A stretch of DNA of 64,000 nt from Saprospira grandis str. Lewin (GTDB lineage Bacteria > Bacteroidota > Bacteroidia > Chitinophagales > Saprospiraceae). The stretch's first letter is position 1. Every line of letters starts with the position of its first letter. Positions 44,222 to 54,932 of this stretch are shown piece by piece. The stretch is from the NCBI RefSeq assembly GCF_000250635.1, contig NC_016940.1, positions 1,096,995 through 1,160,994 of the forward strand, written 5' to 3'. Made by a program: the position numbers and the translations under genes. The notes under the pieces are model-generated. The model did no database searches and had not been told where the DNA came from. It worked only from the letters and a program-made list of their open reading frames with translations.

Positions 44222-44402
44222 GATAGGCGGCGAAGCCGCCTGCGAGCGAAGCGAGCCATGGCCCAGCGCTGCGCAGCCGTGGCCCGAAGGGCCAGACCCA
44301 GTTTTTTGAGCGCAGCGAAAAAAACGCAGGGCCGAGCAGACCTGCGAGCGGCGCAGCATAGCGGCGGCCGCCCCAAATTGAAGGGCGGCCGCGGGCCCCA
44401 AA
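44222..44402 (-). repeat. GC-rich modular intergenic repeat, copy 16 (reverse, long)
   Basis: gataggcggcgaagccgcctgcgagcgaagcgagccatggcccagcgctgcgcagccgtggcccgaagggccagacccag...gggccgagcagacctgcgagcggcgcagcatagcggcggccgccccaaattgaagggcggccgcgggccccaaagc. Confidence 0.85.
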
Positions 44403-44435
44403 GCAAAAAAAAGAGGACCGTAGTCCTCCCTTTTC

Positions 44436-46307
44436 TTATCTAATTTGTGGTTCCAGCCAGCGTTTGAAACGCTTTTCCTGTTCCTCTGTCATCTTCTCTT
44501 TAATCTTGAAGACATGTTTTTTCATCATTTTGATTTTGGCGATTTCGGTCTCCAAAGTCATTTCCTTGTAATTGCCTTCGCCATCGGGGCGGAGAATGCG
44601 AATTTCTAGCGGGTCGCCTACTTTGAGGCCCTGCATATAGGTAAATAGGATAGCCGAAGCGGTTTTGGGCGTAAAGCTTTTATCGTTCCAAGACAGGATC
44701 ACATCGCCATTTTTGAGGCCCATATATTTGCTTCCAAACTCATCGAGTTTTTCGGCTTTGGCCATATAAAAACGGCCAAGCGTATCGGTGCGGAGAGCGC
44801 CATTTTCTAGCCCGCCTAGGGGAGACATTTCTAGCACAGGGGCCTCTTTAAGGTACTCTACGCCATAAGGCTCTAGAAACTTATTATAGTCGAGCATTTC
44901 GGTACCTTCCACATACTTATCAAAGAACTTTTGGAGCTGAGGAAAGCCTGTAATTTCGATAATCTTATCGTAGAGCTCTACATCTTGGAAAGGATTATCT
45001 TGGCCATAATAGGCAGAGAGATCGCGAAGGAGCATCGTTAGGTCGTATTGTCCTTCCGAGAGGCGAATCAGTTCTAGATCGAGGCACATAGCGGTTAGTG
45101 CGCCCTTATAATAGATATTATTATACTGGCTATTAAAGCCTTTTTCCAGACACTTCTTACTCATTTCGGCTAGAGGAATACCTGCCTTATAGCGAGTAGA
45201 AGTTTGCACCTTTTCGCAGAGTTTGTCCATAAACTCCTCCTGTGTTTTCAGGCCATAGCGGCACTGCATATGGTGGGCCATATACTCCACCACCCCTTCA
45301 TAAAGCCAAAGGTGCTTAGACATTTTGGGGTTCATATAATTAAAATTGTAAATCTCCTCTGATTGGATATAGAGGGGCGTTACAATGTGGAAAAACTCAT
45401 GAGAGGCAATGTTTACCACCAGCTCGCCGATGCGATCTACTTTTTCCTCGGCTAGGCAGAACATAGAAGAGCGGGGATGCTCTAGGGCACCAATAGAGCC
45501 CGAGGGATAGCCATTGGGCGAAAGGTAGATCAGAAAATGGTAGCGATCTACAGGAAGCATATTGCCCAAATATTTATTTTGGGCCTCTAGCATCGGGCGG
45601 ATCTTATCGGCAATATCTTTGGCCGTTGCCTTTTTATTGGGCGAGTAGACCGAAATTTGGATATCTCCATAGCCCAATTTAAAATTGACTGTATCGGGAT
45701 TACTGTAAAGAATTGGCGCATCGACTAGGTCGCCATAATCAGAGGCGCGAAAAACGTCTGTATCAAAATCGCCACCCGTTCTGCGCAAAGACGTACTAGC
45801 ATAAAAATCATTGGGGCGATTGAAGGTCAGTTCAAACTTAAGTTTCTCCTTATCCTCAAAAAATCCAAAGAGTCCGTTGTTATTGATGAAAAAGACCTTA
45901 CCTGCCTCAAAGTTAGTACAGGCGGGCTCAAAGAGTGGCTCTTTGAGTTTAGCATCCCAGACATCTTCTACCAGATAGGTAATTTTTTCTAGGCGTTTGG
46001 CTTTTTTGATTTTCCAGGTATTCTTATCAATACGATTTACCTTGAGTTTTTTACCTCGGCTATCAAAGGCTTCTAGGTTATTGATAAACTGGCCGTAATC
46101 ATGAATTTCGTAAGTTCCGGGAATGATTCGGGGAAAGTAGAAAGTCACCTCATCTTTGGGGACCGAACTAGGCACCTGCAGGCTTACCTTTACTTGGTCC
46201 GCAATGACTTCATTGAGGTCTACTTCGTACTTATAAATATCATCATCTTGCGCCATTAGGCCCAGGCTCCCAAAAAAGAGCAATAGGGCAGTAAAGAGCT
46301 TGTTCAT
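44436..46307 (-). CDS. M61-family (glycyl aminopeptidase-like) zinc metallopeptidase with a C-terminal PDZ domain
   Basis: Signal peptide MNKLFTALLLFFGSLGLMAQ. HExxH in IASHEFFHIVTPL. C-terminal PDZ-like GLKNGDVILSWNDKSF. Confidence 0.7.
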   Translation of the reverse strand: MNKLFTALLLFFGSLGLMAQDDDIYKYEVDLNEVIADQVKVSLQVPSSVPKDEVTFYFPRIIPGTYEIHDYGQFINNLEAFDSRGKKLKVNRIDKNTWKIKKAKRLEKITYLVEDVWDAKLKEPLFEPACTNFEAGKVFFINNNGLFGFFEDKEKLKFELTFNRPNDFYASTSLRRTGGDFDTDVFRASDYGDLVDAPILYSNPDTVNFKLGYGDIQISVYSPNKKATAKDIADKIRPMLEAQNKYLGNMLPVDRYHFLIYLSPNGYPSGSIGALEHPRSSMFCLAEEKVDRIGELVVNIASHEFFHIVTPLYIQSEEIYNFNYMNPKMSKHLWLYEGVVEYMAHHMQCRYGLKTQEEFMDKLCEKVQTSTRYKAGIPLAEMSKKCLEKGFNSQYNNIYYKGALTAMCLDLELIRLSEGQYDLTMLLRDLSAYYGQDNPFQDVELYDKIIEITGFPQLQKFFDKYVEGTEMLDYNKFLEPYGVEYLKEAPVLEMSPLGGLENGALRTDTLGRFYMAKAEKLDEFGSKYMGLKNGDVILSWNDKSFTPKTASAILFTYMQGLKVGDPLEIRILRPDGEGNYKEMTLETEIAKIKMMKKHVFKIKEKMTEEQEKRFKRWLEPQIR

Positions 46308-46512
46308 AAAAATTTGTTTTTAGTGAATGGAGCATCCATTCAGACAAAATTAGGTATGTTATAGGTCTGTTAACAGAGGAGATAAGAAGTCAAATAAAAT
46401 ACTAAAACGGGGCTATAACTCTTGGCTTTTTCGCCTAAAGCCTTAGTTTTTTAGACTGAGTTAGGATCCTCTTCTTTTAGCTAGGCAATTAATAAACCAA
46501 ATTTAACTGCAT

Positions 46513-47316
46513 TTAGGCCAAAAGCGCCAAGCGTTTAAAGAGGAAGTAGAGGTTGAGGTTGAGTTCGGCCTGAATGTCAAAGACTTGTCCATTAATGTAT
46601 AAAATCTGTTTTTTCAGTTGCAGCTCGGCTTGTAGGCTAAAGCGGGCGCTACGGCCTTGGCTCATTGATTGCCGCCAATATAGGCCTTTGGGCGTAAGAA
46701 TAAACCCTCTGCGGCCCAATTGTCGCATAGAGGGGTCTAAAAAGAAGAGGAGTTCTTCTTGGCCTAGGGCCGAAAAGAATTTTCGGCCAGCTGTTTTCAG
46801 TTTTTTGGGCCAATCTATGGCCTGCCAACTATGGGCATAGGGCAATTTATCGCTTTGTAGGTAATTAGCAATTAATGTCCTGAGGTTACAGCTTTCGCCT
46901 CTTTGCATTTGTTGGTAGCTCTGCAGACTTTGAGGTAGGGCTTGGGGCAGCTGTTCTCGGCCTTCTTGCAAAAAGTAGGCTTCGGCCCAAGTTCTAAACT
47001 GCCAATCTATTTCTTCACTAATAGCCCGAAGTTCTTCTTGCTGGCTGGGGTCTTGTTGCTCTATCCAATAGGCCAGTTGCAAGAGGCGCTCTTCTAAATA
47101 GCGTAGTCGAAAGCCATCTTCTTGGCCCAAATCCACGGCCTTTAGGCCCAAATCCCGCCCTTCTTGCTGCATATATAAGAAAAAGGCCCCTTTGAGCTGC
47201 TGAGGCAGCCGGGCCAAATCTTTAAAATCTATGGGCCATTGCATGCCCCCGCAGAGCGAACAAAAACGACTGCGGGCGGGCAATTCGGCCTGACAATGTA
47301 TACAGCTTTGCGCCAT
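46513..47316 (-). CDS. Hypothetical protein with an N-terminal zinc-ribbon (CxxC...CxxC)
   Basis: MAQSCIHCQAELPARSRFCSLCGG. The rest is unrecognised. 8-nt gap to the upstream gene in the same orientation. Confidence 0.45.
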   Translation of the reverse strand: MAQSCIHCQAELPARSRFCSLCGGMQWPIDFKDLARLPQQLKGAFFLYMQQEGRDLGLKAVDLGQEDGFRLRYLEERLLQLAYWIEQQDPSQQEELRAISEEIDWQFRTWAEAYFLQEGREQLPQALPQSLQSYQQMQRGESCNLRTLIANYLQSDKLPYAHSWQAIDWPKKLKTAGRKFFSALGQEELLFFLDPSMRQLGRRGFILTPKGLYWRQSMSQGRSARFSLQAELQLKKQILYINGQVFDIQAELNLNLYFLFKRLALLA

Positions 47317-47324
47317 AATTCTCT

Positions 47325-47888
47325 TTAGGGCATTTTAGCAATAGCCTGCTGTAGGTCCTCATATCCTTTTTTGAGGTGCAGGTCTTCGGTTAAATGTTCG
47401 GCCAACAATTGGGCGTATTCTTCCGCCTTGGGTTTTTCGCCTCGATAATAGGCAATATGGGCCAAATTCAGGTAAGACATGGCTTTTTCGGCCTTTCTGC
47501 GCATCCCCAAATCAATGGCTTGCAACAATTGTTGCTCCCCTTTTTCCAAAAGCGCAAAGCGCTCTTTTTGGTCCATCCCCTTTTCTTGGCTCTTATAAAT
47601 AGCAATTAGACCCTGACAAAAAAAGTAGTAGGCCCGATGAGAAGCCAATAACCAATCTACTTTATGCGTGGCCGCCAAGTACTTTTCAGCCTGCTCTATT
47701 TTGCCCGCTTTCAAAGCAAAAAGCGCCCCATTGATATGACCAAATAGAAAATAACCCAAAAGCAGCAAAATGGCAAATCCCCAACTCAAAATACTCACAG
47801 TAGGCCCAAAATCTAATAGCATGGCCACAATCCCCGCCGCAAATAGCGAGAAGATGAGGATAAAACGCAATCTCGGATTAAAAAACAT
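47325..47888 (-). CDS. Two-TM membrane protein with a TPR-like helical cytoplasmic domain (paralog of the next gene)
   Basis: Two N-terminal hydrophobic helices followed by TPR-like repeats (AEKYLAAT...YYFFCQGLIAIYKSQEK...MSYLNLAHIAYYRGEKPKAEEY). Confidence 0.45.
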   Translation of the reverse strand: MFFNPRLRFILIFSLFAAGIVAMLLDFGPTVSILSWGFAILLLLGYFLFGHINGALFALKAGKIEQAEKYLAATHKVDWLLASHRAYYFFCQGLIAIYKSQEKGMDQKERFALLEKGEQQLLQAIDLGMRRKAEKAMSYLNLAHIAYYRGEKPKAEEYAQLLAEHLTEDLHLKKGYEDLQQAIAKMP

Positions 47889-47898
47889 ATACTTTATT

Positions 47899-48648
47899 TT
47901 ATCTGCGTTTTCCTCCTCTTTTCATATAGCCTTGCATCTGCCCTTTCATGCCACCACGGCCGCCTTTCATGGCCTGCCGCTGCATCTGATGCTGCCCTTT
48001 CAACATCAAATCAATCTCTTTGATGTTCTCTTTGACCTGCGGATTGTTGATGTTCAATTTCTTGGCTGTCTCCAAGTACTCTTTCATTTTCATTACATAA
48101 GGGCGACGTTGCGTTTCTGTAGTCATTTTTTGCGCATACATGCCCTGCACATTAATGAGCTGCAAATAAAGCATCCCCCGAATATCATCAGGTAGGTCCA
48201 ACTTCATGGCCTGATTGGCCAATTTTTCACACTTTTTGGTCTCGCCTTTCTGCAATGCCAAACCCGAACGAATGAAGTAGTACATCCCATGATAACCAAA
48301 TTGCAACCACTCTGGCTTAAACGTATAGGCCAACACTTTTTCGGCCCCCTCGGTATCGCCAATCTGCATTTTCATGGCCGCCGCATTCACGGTACCAATC
48401 AAAAAGTGCTTGACCAACAAAACAATAACAACCAACAAAGGCATCCAAGCCCAGGCAAAACCCACTGTCGGCCAAAGCCCTAGGGTCAAGGCCAAACAGG
48501 CAAAAAACAAAATCAGCTGTCGCTGAAAAGTAAAAAATTGAATGAAGGATAACATATTTCTCGTTTTACTATTTTCGTTAAGTGCCGCAAAGATACGAAA
48601 GCTTGGGCGCAGGACTGCTTTTTTTTTATTTTTTTGTCTGCTCCCCAT
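47899..48648 (-). CDS. Two-TM membrane protein with a TPR-like domain and a Gly/Met/Lys-rich C-terminal tail (paralog of 47325..47888)
   Basis: Same architecture as the downstream gene, plus the tail MKGQHQMQRQAMKGGRGGMKGQMQGYMKRGGKRR. The true start may be the internal Met (MLSFIQFF..., ~48555). Confidence 0.4.
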   Translation of the reverse strand: MGSRQKNKKKAVLRPSFRIFAALNENSKTRNMLSFIQFFTFQRQLILFFACLALTLGLWPTVGFAWAWMPLLVVIVLLVKHFLIGTVNAAAMKMQIGDTEGAEKVLAYTFKPEWLQFGYHGMYYFIRSGLALQKGETKKCEKLANQAMKLDLPDDIRGMLYLQLINVQGMYAQKMTTETQRRPYVMKMKEYLETAKKLNINNPQVKENIKEIDLMLKGQHQMQRQAMKGGRGGMKGQMQGYMKRGGKRR

Positions 48649-48671
48649 TTTATAACTTTATTTTGATCTAG

Positions 48672-48806
48672 TTTTGGGGCTGCCCCTTCCTATGGTCGGG
48701 TCGGGCTGTGTCGTGGCTCGCAGGTCTGCTCGGCCCTGCAGTTTTTTCGCTACGCTCAAAAACTTGGGTCTGCGGCTGCGCCGCACCACTTTCCATCCCT
48801 CAGCCA
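48672..48806 (+). repeat. GC-rich modular intergenic repeat, copy 17 (forward, variant B); a detached fragment lies at ~48961..48995
   Basis: ttttggggctgccccttcctatggtcgggtcgggctgtgtcgtggctcgcaggtctgctcggccctgcagttttttcgctacgctcaaaaacttgggtctgcggctgcgccgcaccactttccatccctcagcc. Further on, cctgcgggcgcttcgcgccctgc appears again. Confidence 0.8.
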
Positions 48807-49027
48807 GATTTAATCGCGCTGCTTTGGCCATAGTTTGCTATGAATTTTCTGCTAGGCCAGCTATTTTTTAAGGACATAGCCTTCGCTATGGCCGAGAAAA
48901 ATAGGGCCGACTAGCGGGAAATTGCTGCAAACTATAAAAGTGAGTGCGCTTAAATTTGGCTATTACCTGCGGGCGCTTCGCGCCCTGCTAAACGCAAATT
49001 ATCTCCTTTTGGACCAAATTTCCATTT

Positions 49028-49744
49028 ATGCTCAAACAAATTGAAGGCCTAGTGCTGCGCACTGTAGATTATAGCGAGAGTAGCGTTATCTGCGATCTAT
49101 TTAGCCGAGAACTGGGCCGCCGCTCTTATATGGTGCATGGCGTGCGCAAGCCCAAAGCCAAAATTACCAAGGCCCTTTTGCGGCCCATGTCTTGGGTAGA
49201 ATTAGTGGTTTACCATAATGAGGAGCGAGACCTCAATAAGGTTAAGGAGATTCGGCCTAGTTACATCTACCAAATCATTCCCTTTGATATTGCCCGCTCT
49301 AATATGGCCCTTTTTATGGTGGAGCTGGCCCAAAAAGGCCTACAAGAAGAGGGTCCACAAGAGGAGCTCTATAACTTTTTGTGGCTTTATTTTAATCAGT
49401 TGGACCAAAAAGAGAGTCCCGCCTGGGCCAATTTACATCTGCATTTTATAGTCCATTTTGCGGCAGAATTGGGCTTTTGTCCCAGCCCTAGCTCCGCCCC
49501 TATTTTTGATTATAAAGAGGGGGAATTTGTGCAAGAAAAACCCCTACATCCCTATCATTTTGATGAAGAAAGCAGCCAGATTTTGGACCAACTCCTGCGT
49601 TTGAGTCGGCATCAGTTGGCAACGCTAAAGCTCAACCGCCTCAAGCGGCAACATTTTATTGAGCAAATGATTTTATTTTATCGCTATCATTTGCCCAATT
49701 TTCAGCTCAAAAGTTGGGAGGTCCTCAAACAGATTATGGGCTAA
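49028..49744 (+). CDS. recO: DNA repair protein RecO
   Basis: MLKQIEGLVLRTVDYSESSVICDLFSRELGRRSYMVHGVRKPK matches the RecO N-terminal OB-fold pattern. ~238 aa. Confidence 0.75.
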   Translation: MLKQIEGLVLRTVDYSESSVICDLFSRELGRRSYMVHGVRKPKAKITKALLRPMSWVELVVYHNEERDLNKVKEIRPSYIYQIIPFDIARSNMALFMVELAQKGLQEEGPQEELYNFLWLYFNQLDQKESPAWANLHLHFIVHFAAELGFCPSPSSAPIFDYKEGEFVQEKPLHPYHFDEESSQILDQLLRLSRHQLATLKLNRLKRQHFIEQMILFYRYHLPNFQLKSWEVLKQIMG

Positions 49745-49757
49745 ATTGCGCTTTAGC

Positions 49758-49783
49758 TCGAGGCCTGAAGGGCCTCTTTTTTG
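49758..49783 (+). terminator. Rho-independent terminator after recO
   Basis: gaggcc-tgaa-ggcctc stem followed by T6. Confidence 0.6.
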
Positions 49784-49900
49784 GCCTAGCGATGCGGCGG
49801 GGTGGCCGTCAGGCCAGACCAAGGAGCCGCAGGCGACGAAGGGCCGAGCAAGCCTGCGAGCCCCAAAGCGTAGCGCCCGCCGAAGGCGGGAGGCCCCAAA
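49783..49900 (-). repeat. GC-rich modular intergenic repeat, copy 18 (reverse)
   Basis: ggcctagcgatgcggcggggtggccgtcaggccagaccaaggagccgcaggcgacgaagggccgagcaagcctgcgagccccaaagcgtagcgcccgccgaaggcgggaggccccaaaa. Confidence 0.85.
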
Positions 49901-49904
49901 ACAG

Positions 49905-50660
49905 TCAATGTCCCCTTTTTTCCATAAGGATCACATAGCGCATAAATACGCCCCAGGCCAGTAATTTGCAGACGATAAAGCCCACTTTGCCGTCGCGGAA
50001 GCCCTGTTGGATGATGTAGTGCTTGAAGAAGCGGAAAGCGGGTTTGAGGTAGAGGTGAAAGAAGCCCACTTTTGGGGTTTTGCTGGCATAATCGCCGGCG
50101 GACCAATGGGCGTAGCGCTCCATTTTGGCCATAAAATGGCGCATACTTTTGAAGGTATAGTGCAAAAGGCGGCCCTTTAGCCAAGCGACTTTTCCCTTAG
50201 TGATAATTTCGGCATGTACCTCTTTTTCTTCATAGCGGCAAAGGTCGCGTTTAAAAAAGCGGATGACGGCATCATTTTGCCAGCCTGAAAAGCGGACCGC
50301 CTGTCCCATAAAATGGTTATCGCGGCCCATCCAGTAGGCAATAGGTCCTTGGGGGTCTTCGGCTTGGCTCATAATGGCCTTAATTTCGGCGACTAGATTT
50401 TCGCTAGGGCGTTCATCGGCATCTAGCAGCAGGATCCATTCATTTTTGGCTTGGGGAATCGCCCAATTTTTCTGGCTAGCCGAATTGCCATATTCTCTTT
50501 GAATAATTCGGGCGCCGGCTTTTTGGGCCAGGGCCAAGGTATCATCCGTACTAAAAGAATCGACGACCAGCAGCTCATCGGCCCAGCTGACCAAAGGCAA
50601 TAACTCTCGGAGATTATCGGCTTCGTTGAAAGTGGGAATCAGTACAGTAAGCGGGCGCAT
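49905..50660 (-). CDS. Family 2 glycosyltransferase
   Basis: VLIPTFNEADNLRELLP...VVDSFSTDDTLALAQ and the DAD motif region (LLLDADERPS). ~250 aa. Confidence 0.75.
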   Translation of the reverse strand: MRPLTVLIPTFNEADNLRELLPLVSWADELLVVDSFSTDDTLALAQKAGARIIQREYGNSASQKNWAIPQAKNEWILLLDADERPSENLVAEIKAIMSQAEDPQGPIAYWMGRDNHFMGQAVRFSGWQNDAVIRFFKRDLCRYEEKEVHAEIITKGKVAWLKGRLLHYTFKSMRHFMAKMERYAHWSAGDYASKTPKVGFFHLYLKPAFRFFKHYIIQQGFRDGKVGFIVCKLLAWGVFMRYVILMEKRGH

Positions 50661-50662
50661 AA

Positions 50663-51535
50663 TTAGATGATTTTATAATTTTGGTACTCGCCTACTCTTT
50701 TTCCCGTCATATTTTCGATTGTTCTAGAGAGGCGTTCTTTGAGAGAGAGTTTTGGGGGATTGGGCGAGAACTCCCAATTTAGGCGTTTGAGGCGTTGCTC
50801 CATCACTTTGGGGGCGGTCCCTTCAAAGCGTTTTACCGAATCGATTTCGGAATAATCGTATTCTCCTTCCTTTTGCATATTCTTCTCGATCCATTCATCG
50901 GAATGCCAGAATCGGTTAGAAGAAAGGCGTTTTTGGACCTGTTTTTCGGGGGGGCGCACCCAGCCGTAGTGATAAATATCGGCGGGGATGAGTTTGACCT
51001 TTAGCTTTTCGTCCTCTTTGGTTCTGAAGCCTTGAGCATCTTTATAGGAGCGAATATTTTTATCATTTCGGACCACTCGGATTTCTCGGCGGTACCATTT
51101 TCGGGAGTCGGCCACATAATCGTAGGAGCCCCAAAAATGTTGATAATTGAAGAGTAGGCCTTGCACCTCTTTATCGTTTAGGTATTGTTCCATAGCTTGG
51201 CGGACCGTAGGGATAAACTTTTCGTGAAGCACCTCATCGCCTTGGAGGTAGAACACCCAATCGCTATCGGGGCTAACGGCATCTAGGGCCTTATTGGTTT
51301 CTACGGCTAGGACCTTCCCGCCTTCGCGCAGGCTATCATCCCAGACCGAGGGAATAATTTTGAGTTTGGGGTCCTTAATTTGGGCCAAGAGCTCCTCGGT
51401 CCCATCTTCTGAGTTGCCAAAGAGAAGGATAAACTCATCGCAGAGCGGGAGGATAGATTGGATAGCTTCGAGGATGGGATAATCAAATTTAACCGCATTT
51501 CTGACGAAGCTGATGCCAGTAACTTTCATAAACAT
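50663..51535 (-). CDS. Putative glycosyltransferase (GT2-like, ~290-aa family)
   Basis: MKVTGISFVRNAVKFDYPILEAIQSILPLCDEFILLFGNSEDGT resembles a small GT family as recalled. 2-nt gap to the GT2 gene. Confidence 0.5.
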   Translation of the reverse strand: MFMKVTGISFVRNAVKFDYPILEAIQSILPLCDEFILLFGNSEDGTEELLAQIKDPKLKIIPSVWDDSLREGGKVLAVETNKALDAVSPDSDWVFYLQGDEVLHEKFIPTVRQAMEQYLNDKEVQGLLFNYQHFWGSYDYVADSRKWYRREIRVVRNDKNIRSYKDAQGFRTKEDEKLKVKLIPADIYHYGWVRPPEKQVQKRLSSNRFWHSDEWIEKNMQKEGEYDYSEIDSVKRFEGTAPKVMEQRLKRLNWEFSPNPPKLSLKERLSRTIENMTGKRVGEYQNYKII

Positions 51536-51569
51536 TAGGATTAGATGGGTCCTTTAATGGGGCAAAGGT

Positions 51570-51612
51570 ACAAAAAAAAGACCTCTAATAGCAGTTGCTA
51601 GAAGAGGTCTTT
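51570..51612 (-). terminator. Rho-independent terminator after infB
   Basis: Minus strand: agacctct...agaggtct 8-bp stem followed by T8. Confidence 0.7.
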
Positions 51613-51633
51613 TGTATTATTGAGTCAAGCGGC

Positions 51634-54600
51634 TTAGAGCGTTTGCTTCACTTCTTTGATTTCGTAAACTTCGATTTCGTCGCCTTCACGGATACCGTCG
51701 AAATTGCGGATGGTTAGACCACATTCGAAGCCATTTTTAACTTCGGGGACACTATCCTTAAAGCGTTTGAGTGAGCTAAGTTCGCCATGTTGTCCTTCCT
51801 TTTTGGGGAAGATCACGATACCGTCGCGGATCACTCGGATATAGCTATTGCGGGTTACTTTACCAGATTGCACCATACAACCGGCAACTTTACCCACCTT
51901 AGAAATGCTAAATACGGTTTGGATAGCTACAGAACCAATAGTTTCTTCTACTTGCTTGGGTTCTAGCATACCTTCTAGGGCAGACTTTACTTCCTCGATA
52001 GCATCGTAGATAATAGAATAGGTCTTAATTTCCACTCCTTCTTGTTCAGATAGGCGGCGAGCAGATGGGTTGGGGCGCACTTGGAAGCCGATAATAATGG
52101 CATCAGAAGCGGCGGCAAGGTTTACATCAGACTCTGTAATTTGACCTACAGCCTTATAGATAATATTGGTTTGAATTTGCTCGGTAGAAAGTTTGAGCAA
52201 AGAATCAGAAAGTGCTTCTACAGAACCGTCCATATCTCCTTTCACGATCAGGTTCAACTCTTGGAAGTTACCCACTTTGAGTCGGCGAGTAATATCGTCT
52301 AGAGTAATACGGCGGGTAGCACGAATCTGTTGCTGGCGGATAATTTGGCCGCGTTTGTTGGCCAATTCTTTCACCTTACGTTCAGACTCTAGCACCTGAA
52401 GCTTCTCCCCTGCTTGAGGGGCGCCATCGAGGCCAAGAACGAGAACGGGAGTAGAAGGTCCGGCCTTTTTCACTCGTTTACCTCTTTCATCGAACATGGC
52501 TTTCACACGGCCATGATATTGGCCCGCGATGATAGGATCTCCGATAGCGAGTGTACCAGTTTGCACCAATACTTTGGCTACATATCCGCGGCCTTTTTCT
52601 AGAGAGGCTTCGAGGATAGCACCAATAGCTCGGCGGCTAGGATTAGCTTTAAGCTCTAGCATTTCAGACTCCAACAAGATTTTCTCTAGGAGTAAATCTA
52701 CATTAAGGCCTTTTTTGGCTGAGATATCTTGGCTTTGGTAAGTACCGCCCCATTCTTCAACGAGGAGGTTCATAGAGGCCAATTCTTGTTTAATTTTCTC
52801 GGGTTGTGCGCCTTCCTTATCAATCTTGTTAATAGCGAAGATGATAGGTACTTCGGCAGCTTGGGCGTGACTAATTGCCTCTTTAGTTTGGGGCATGATG
52901 TTATCATCTGCGGCGATAATAATTACAGCCACATCGGTTACTTTTGCACCACGGGCACGCATAGCGGTAAAGGCTTCGTGACCAGGAGTATCAAGGAAAG
53001 TAATGCTTCCCATATCCTTCACCTTAACTTCATAGGCACCAATATGCTGAGTAATACCTCCGGCCTCACCTTCGGCAACATTAGCCTTACGGATGCGGTC
53101 CAAGAGAGAGGTTTTACCGTGGTCTACGTGACCCATTACGGTAACGATTGGAGAGCGGGGTTTGAGATCTGCGGGATCATCTTCTTCCTCCTCCTCTTCG
53201 ATATCGACTTGATCTTCGGCAGAGATAAACTCTACTTCATAGTCATATTCTGTAGCGATCAGTTCGATAATTTCTGCATCTAGACGTTGGTTAATAGAAA
53301 CGAACTGTCCGATTTGCATACACATCATAATGATATCGGCGGGAGTGGCATTGAGCAGGCCGGCCAATTCAGATACAGAGATAAACTCTGTTACCTGTAG
53401 TACCTGGGGCTCTTCCATCTCTTCTTCCATACGTTGGCGCATGGCTTCCTTCTTCTCATCACGAGAGGCACGGGTAGAACGGCGTCCTCCTTTTTTGCCT
53501 CCACCATGCAGGCGTTGCATGGTTTGTTTTAGTTTATCGTCTACCTCCTTATCAGAGATTTCGCGGCGTTTACCTTTCTTCTTCCGCTTTTTGTTACTAT
53601 TAGACGATTGGCGATCATTAGATCCTCCACGATTGTCGTTAGATCTTCCACGATTATCGTTTTGGGCTTGATTGGTTGAGATTTTGGTGCGCTTACGTTT
53701 TGTTCTATCGTTATTGCCATCCTTTTTCTCCTCCTTCTTCTCTCCGCCTTTTTTGGCCTCTTGTTTTTCCTGAGGCTTTTTATCGTCGGTACCGCCAATT
53801 TTCTTGCGGTTACGTTTCTTTTTGCGTTTGCGGCGTGGGTCTTCAATATTGATCTTACCTAAGATCTTGAGCCCTTTAAGTTGGGGAGCCTCCATTTTGA
53901 TATCGACTCCTTCCTTTTTCTTTTCAGTAGTTGCTTCTGGCTGTTCTTCGGTTTTCTGTTCCGTTTTCTCGGCCACAACTTGTTTTTCTTCTACCACTTT
54001 TGGTGATTTGGTTTCTTCCTTTTTAGGCGTCTCCTGCTTAGGCTCTTCCTTAGCTTTGGGGGTTTCTTCCTTTTTGGGAGTTTCTTTCACCTCCTGTTTG
54101 GCTTGTTCCTCCTGCTTAGGTTTAGGCTCTTCTTTTTTGGGCGCCTCTTCTTTCTTGGCAGTAGTTTTCTTGCCTCCTTTACGGCGGCCAGAGCGAGACT
54201 GCTCATCTAAGTTGATTTTGCCCAAAATTTTTGGCCCTTTAGGCATATTAGAAACCACTTCATCATCTTTGGTTTCCTCCTTTTTCTCAGAAAGCTCGCT
54301 TTGCTTTACAACGGGAGTCTCTTCTTTGGGTGTAGTAATTTCAACTTTCTTAACCGGCTTTGCTTCTTGCTTAGCCTTGGCCAATTGGCGCTCTTTTTCC
54401 TTCTTTCTTTTCTCCTCCTCCTTCTTTTCCTTCTCTAAGCGGCTGCCAATAGTAATCTTGTCCGCCTCTTCCTTAATGGCGGCAGATTTGTTGAAACGGG
54501 CCAACAACTTATCGTACATTTCGTCTGAAACCTTGGCTGTGGGGCGGTTGACCACCTCATATCCATTATCGTTCAGATACTCAACGATAGTGTTTGTTCC

Positions 54601-54642
54601 AATATTTAGCTCGGCAGCTACTTTTACTAACCTTTTTGACAT
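51634..54642 (-). CDS. infB: Translation initiation factor IF-2
   Basis: G-domain [31 protein letters not shown]. 1002 aa with a long Lys/Glu-rich N-terminal region. Confidence 0.95.
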   Translation of the reverse strand: MSKRLVKVAAELNIGTNTIVEYLNDNGYEVVNRPTAKVSDEMYDKLLARFNKSAAIKEEADKITIGSRLEKEKKEEEKRKKEKERQLAKAKQEAKPVKKVEITTPKEETPVVKQSELSEKKEETKDDEVVSNMPKGPKILGKINLDEQSRSGRRKGGKKTTAKKEEAPKKEEPKPKQEEQAKQEVKETPKKEETPKAKEEPKQETPKKEETKSPKVVEEKQVVAEKTEQKTEEQPEATTEKKKEGVDIKMEAPQLKGLKILGKINIEDPRRKRKKKRNRKKIGGTDDKKPQEKQEAKKGGEKKEEKKDGNNDRTKRKRTKISTNQAQNDNRGRSNDNRGGSNDRQSSNSNKKRKKKGKRREISDKEVDDKLKQTMQRLHGGGKKGGRRSTRASRDEKKEAMRQRMEEEMEEPQVLQVTEFISVSELAGLLNATPADIIMMCMQIGQFVSINQRLDAEIIELIATEYDYEVEFISAEDQVDIEEEEEEDDPADLKPRSPIVTVMGHVDHGKTSLLDRIRKANVAEGEAGGITQHIGAYEVKVKDMGSITFLDTPGHEAFTAMRARGAKVTDVAVIIIAADDNIMPQTKEAISHAQAAEVPIIFAINKIDKEGAQPEKIKQELASMNLLVEEWGGTYQSQDISAKKGLNVDLLLEKILLESEMLELKANPSRRAIGAILEASLEKGRGYVAKVLVQTGTLAIGDPIIAGQYHGRVKAMFDERGKRVKKAGPSTPVLVLGLDGAPQAGEKLQVLESERKVKELANKRGQIIRQQQIRATRRITLDDITRRLKVGNFQELNLIVKGDMDGSVEALSDSLLKLSTEQIQTNIIYKAVGQITESDVNLAAASDAIIIGFQVRPNPSARRLSEQEGVEIKTYSIIYDAIEEVKSALEGMLEPKQVEETIGSVAIQTVFSISKVGKVAGCMVQSGKVTRNSYIRVIRDGIVIFPKKEGQHGELSSLKRFKDSVPEVKNGFECGLTIRNFDGIREGDEIEVYEIKEVKQTL

Positions 54643-54932
54643 TCCGTGTATTTAGCTAATTGCGTAAAAATCGTGATTTTAAAAAATCGGTACAAATATA
54701 GTCAATATATTTGAGAGCATTCCCATAACATTAGGAAAAATGCCTTTTGGCCCCTTCTTTATTCATAGAAAAGCCTAGGGCCCTTGCTTTTCTTATCTTG
54801 AATTTCGTCTTCTGATACCTGCTTTTTCTCTAGCGAGAAGGGGCGATATGGACTAGCTTTCAGCTAAAAAAGGCCTAAGTATAAGATGTTTTTTACTACG
54901 CCCCTACTTAGGCCCCTAAACGTTAGCAGTAA

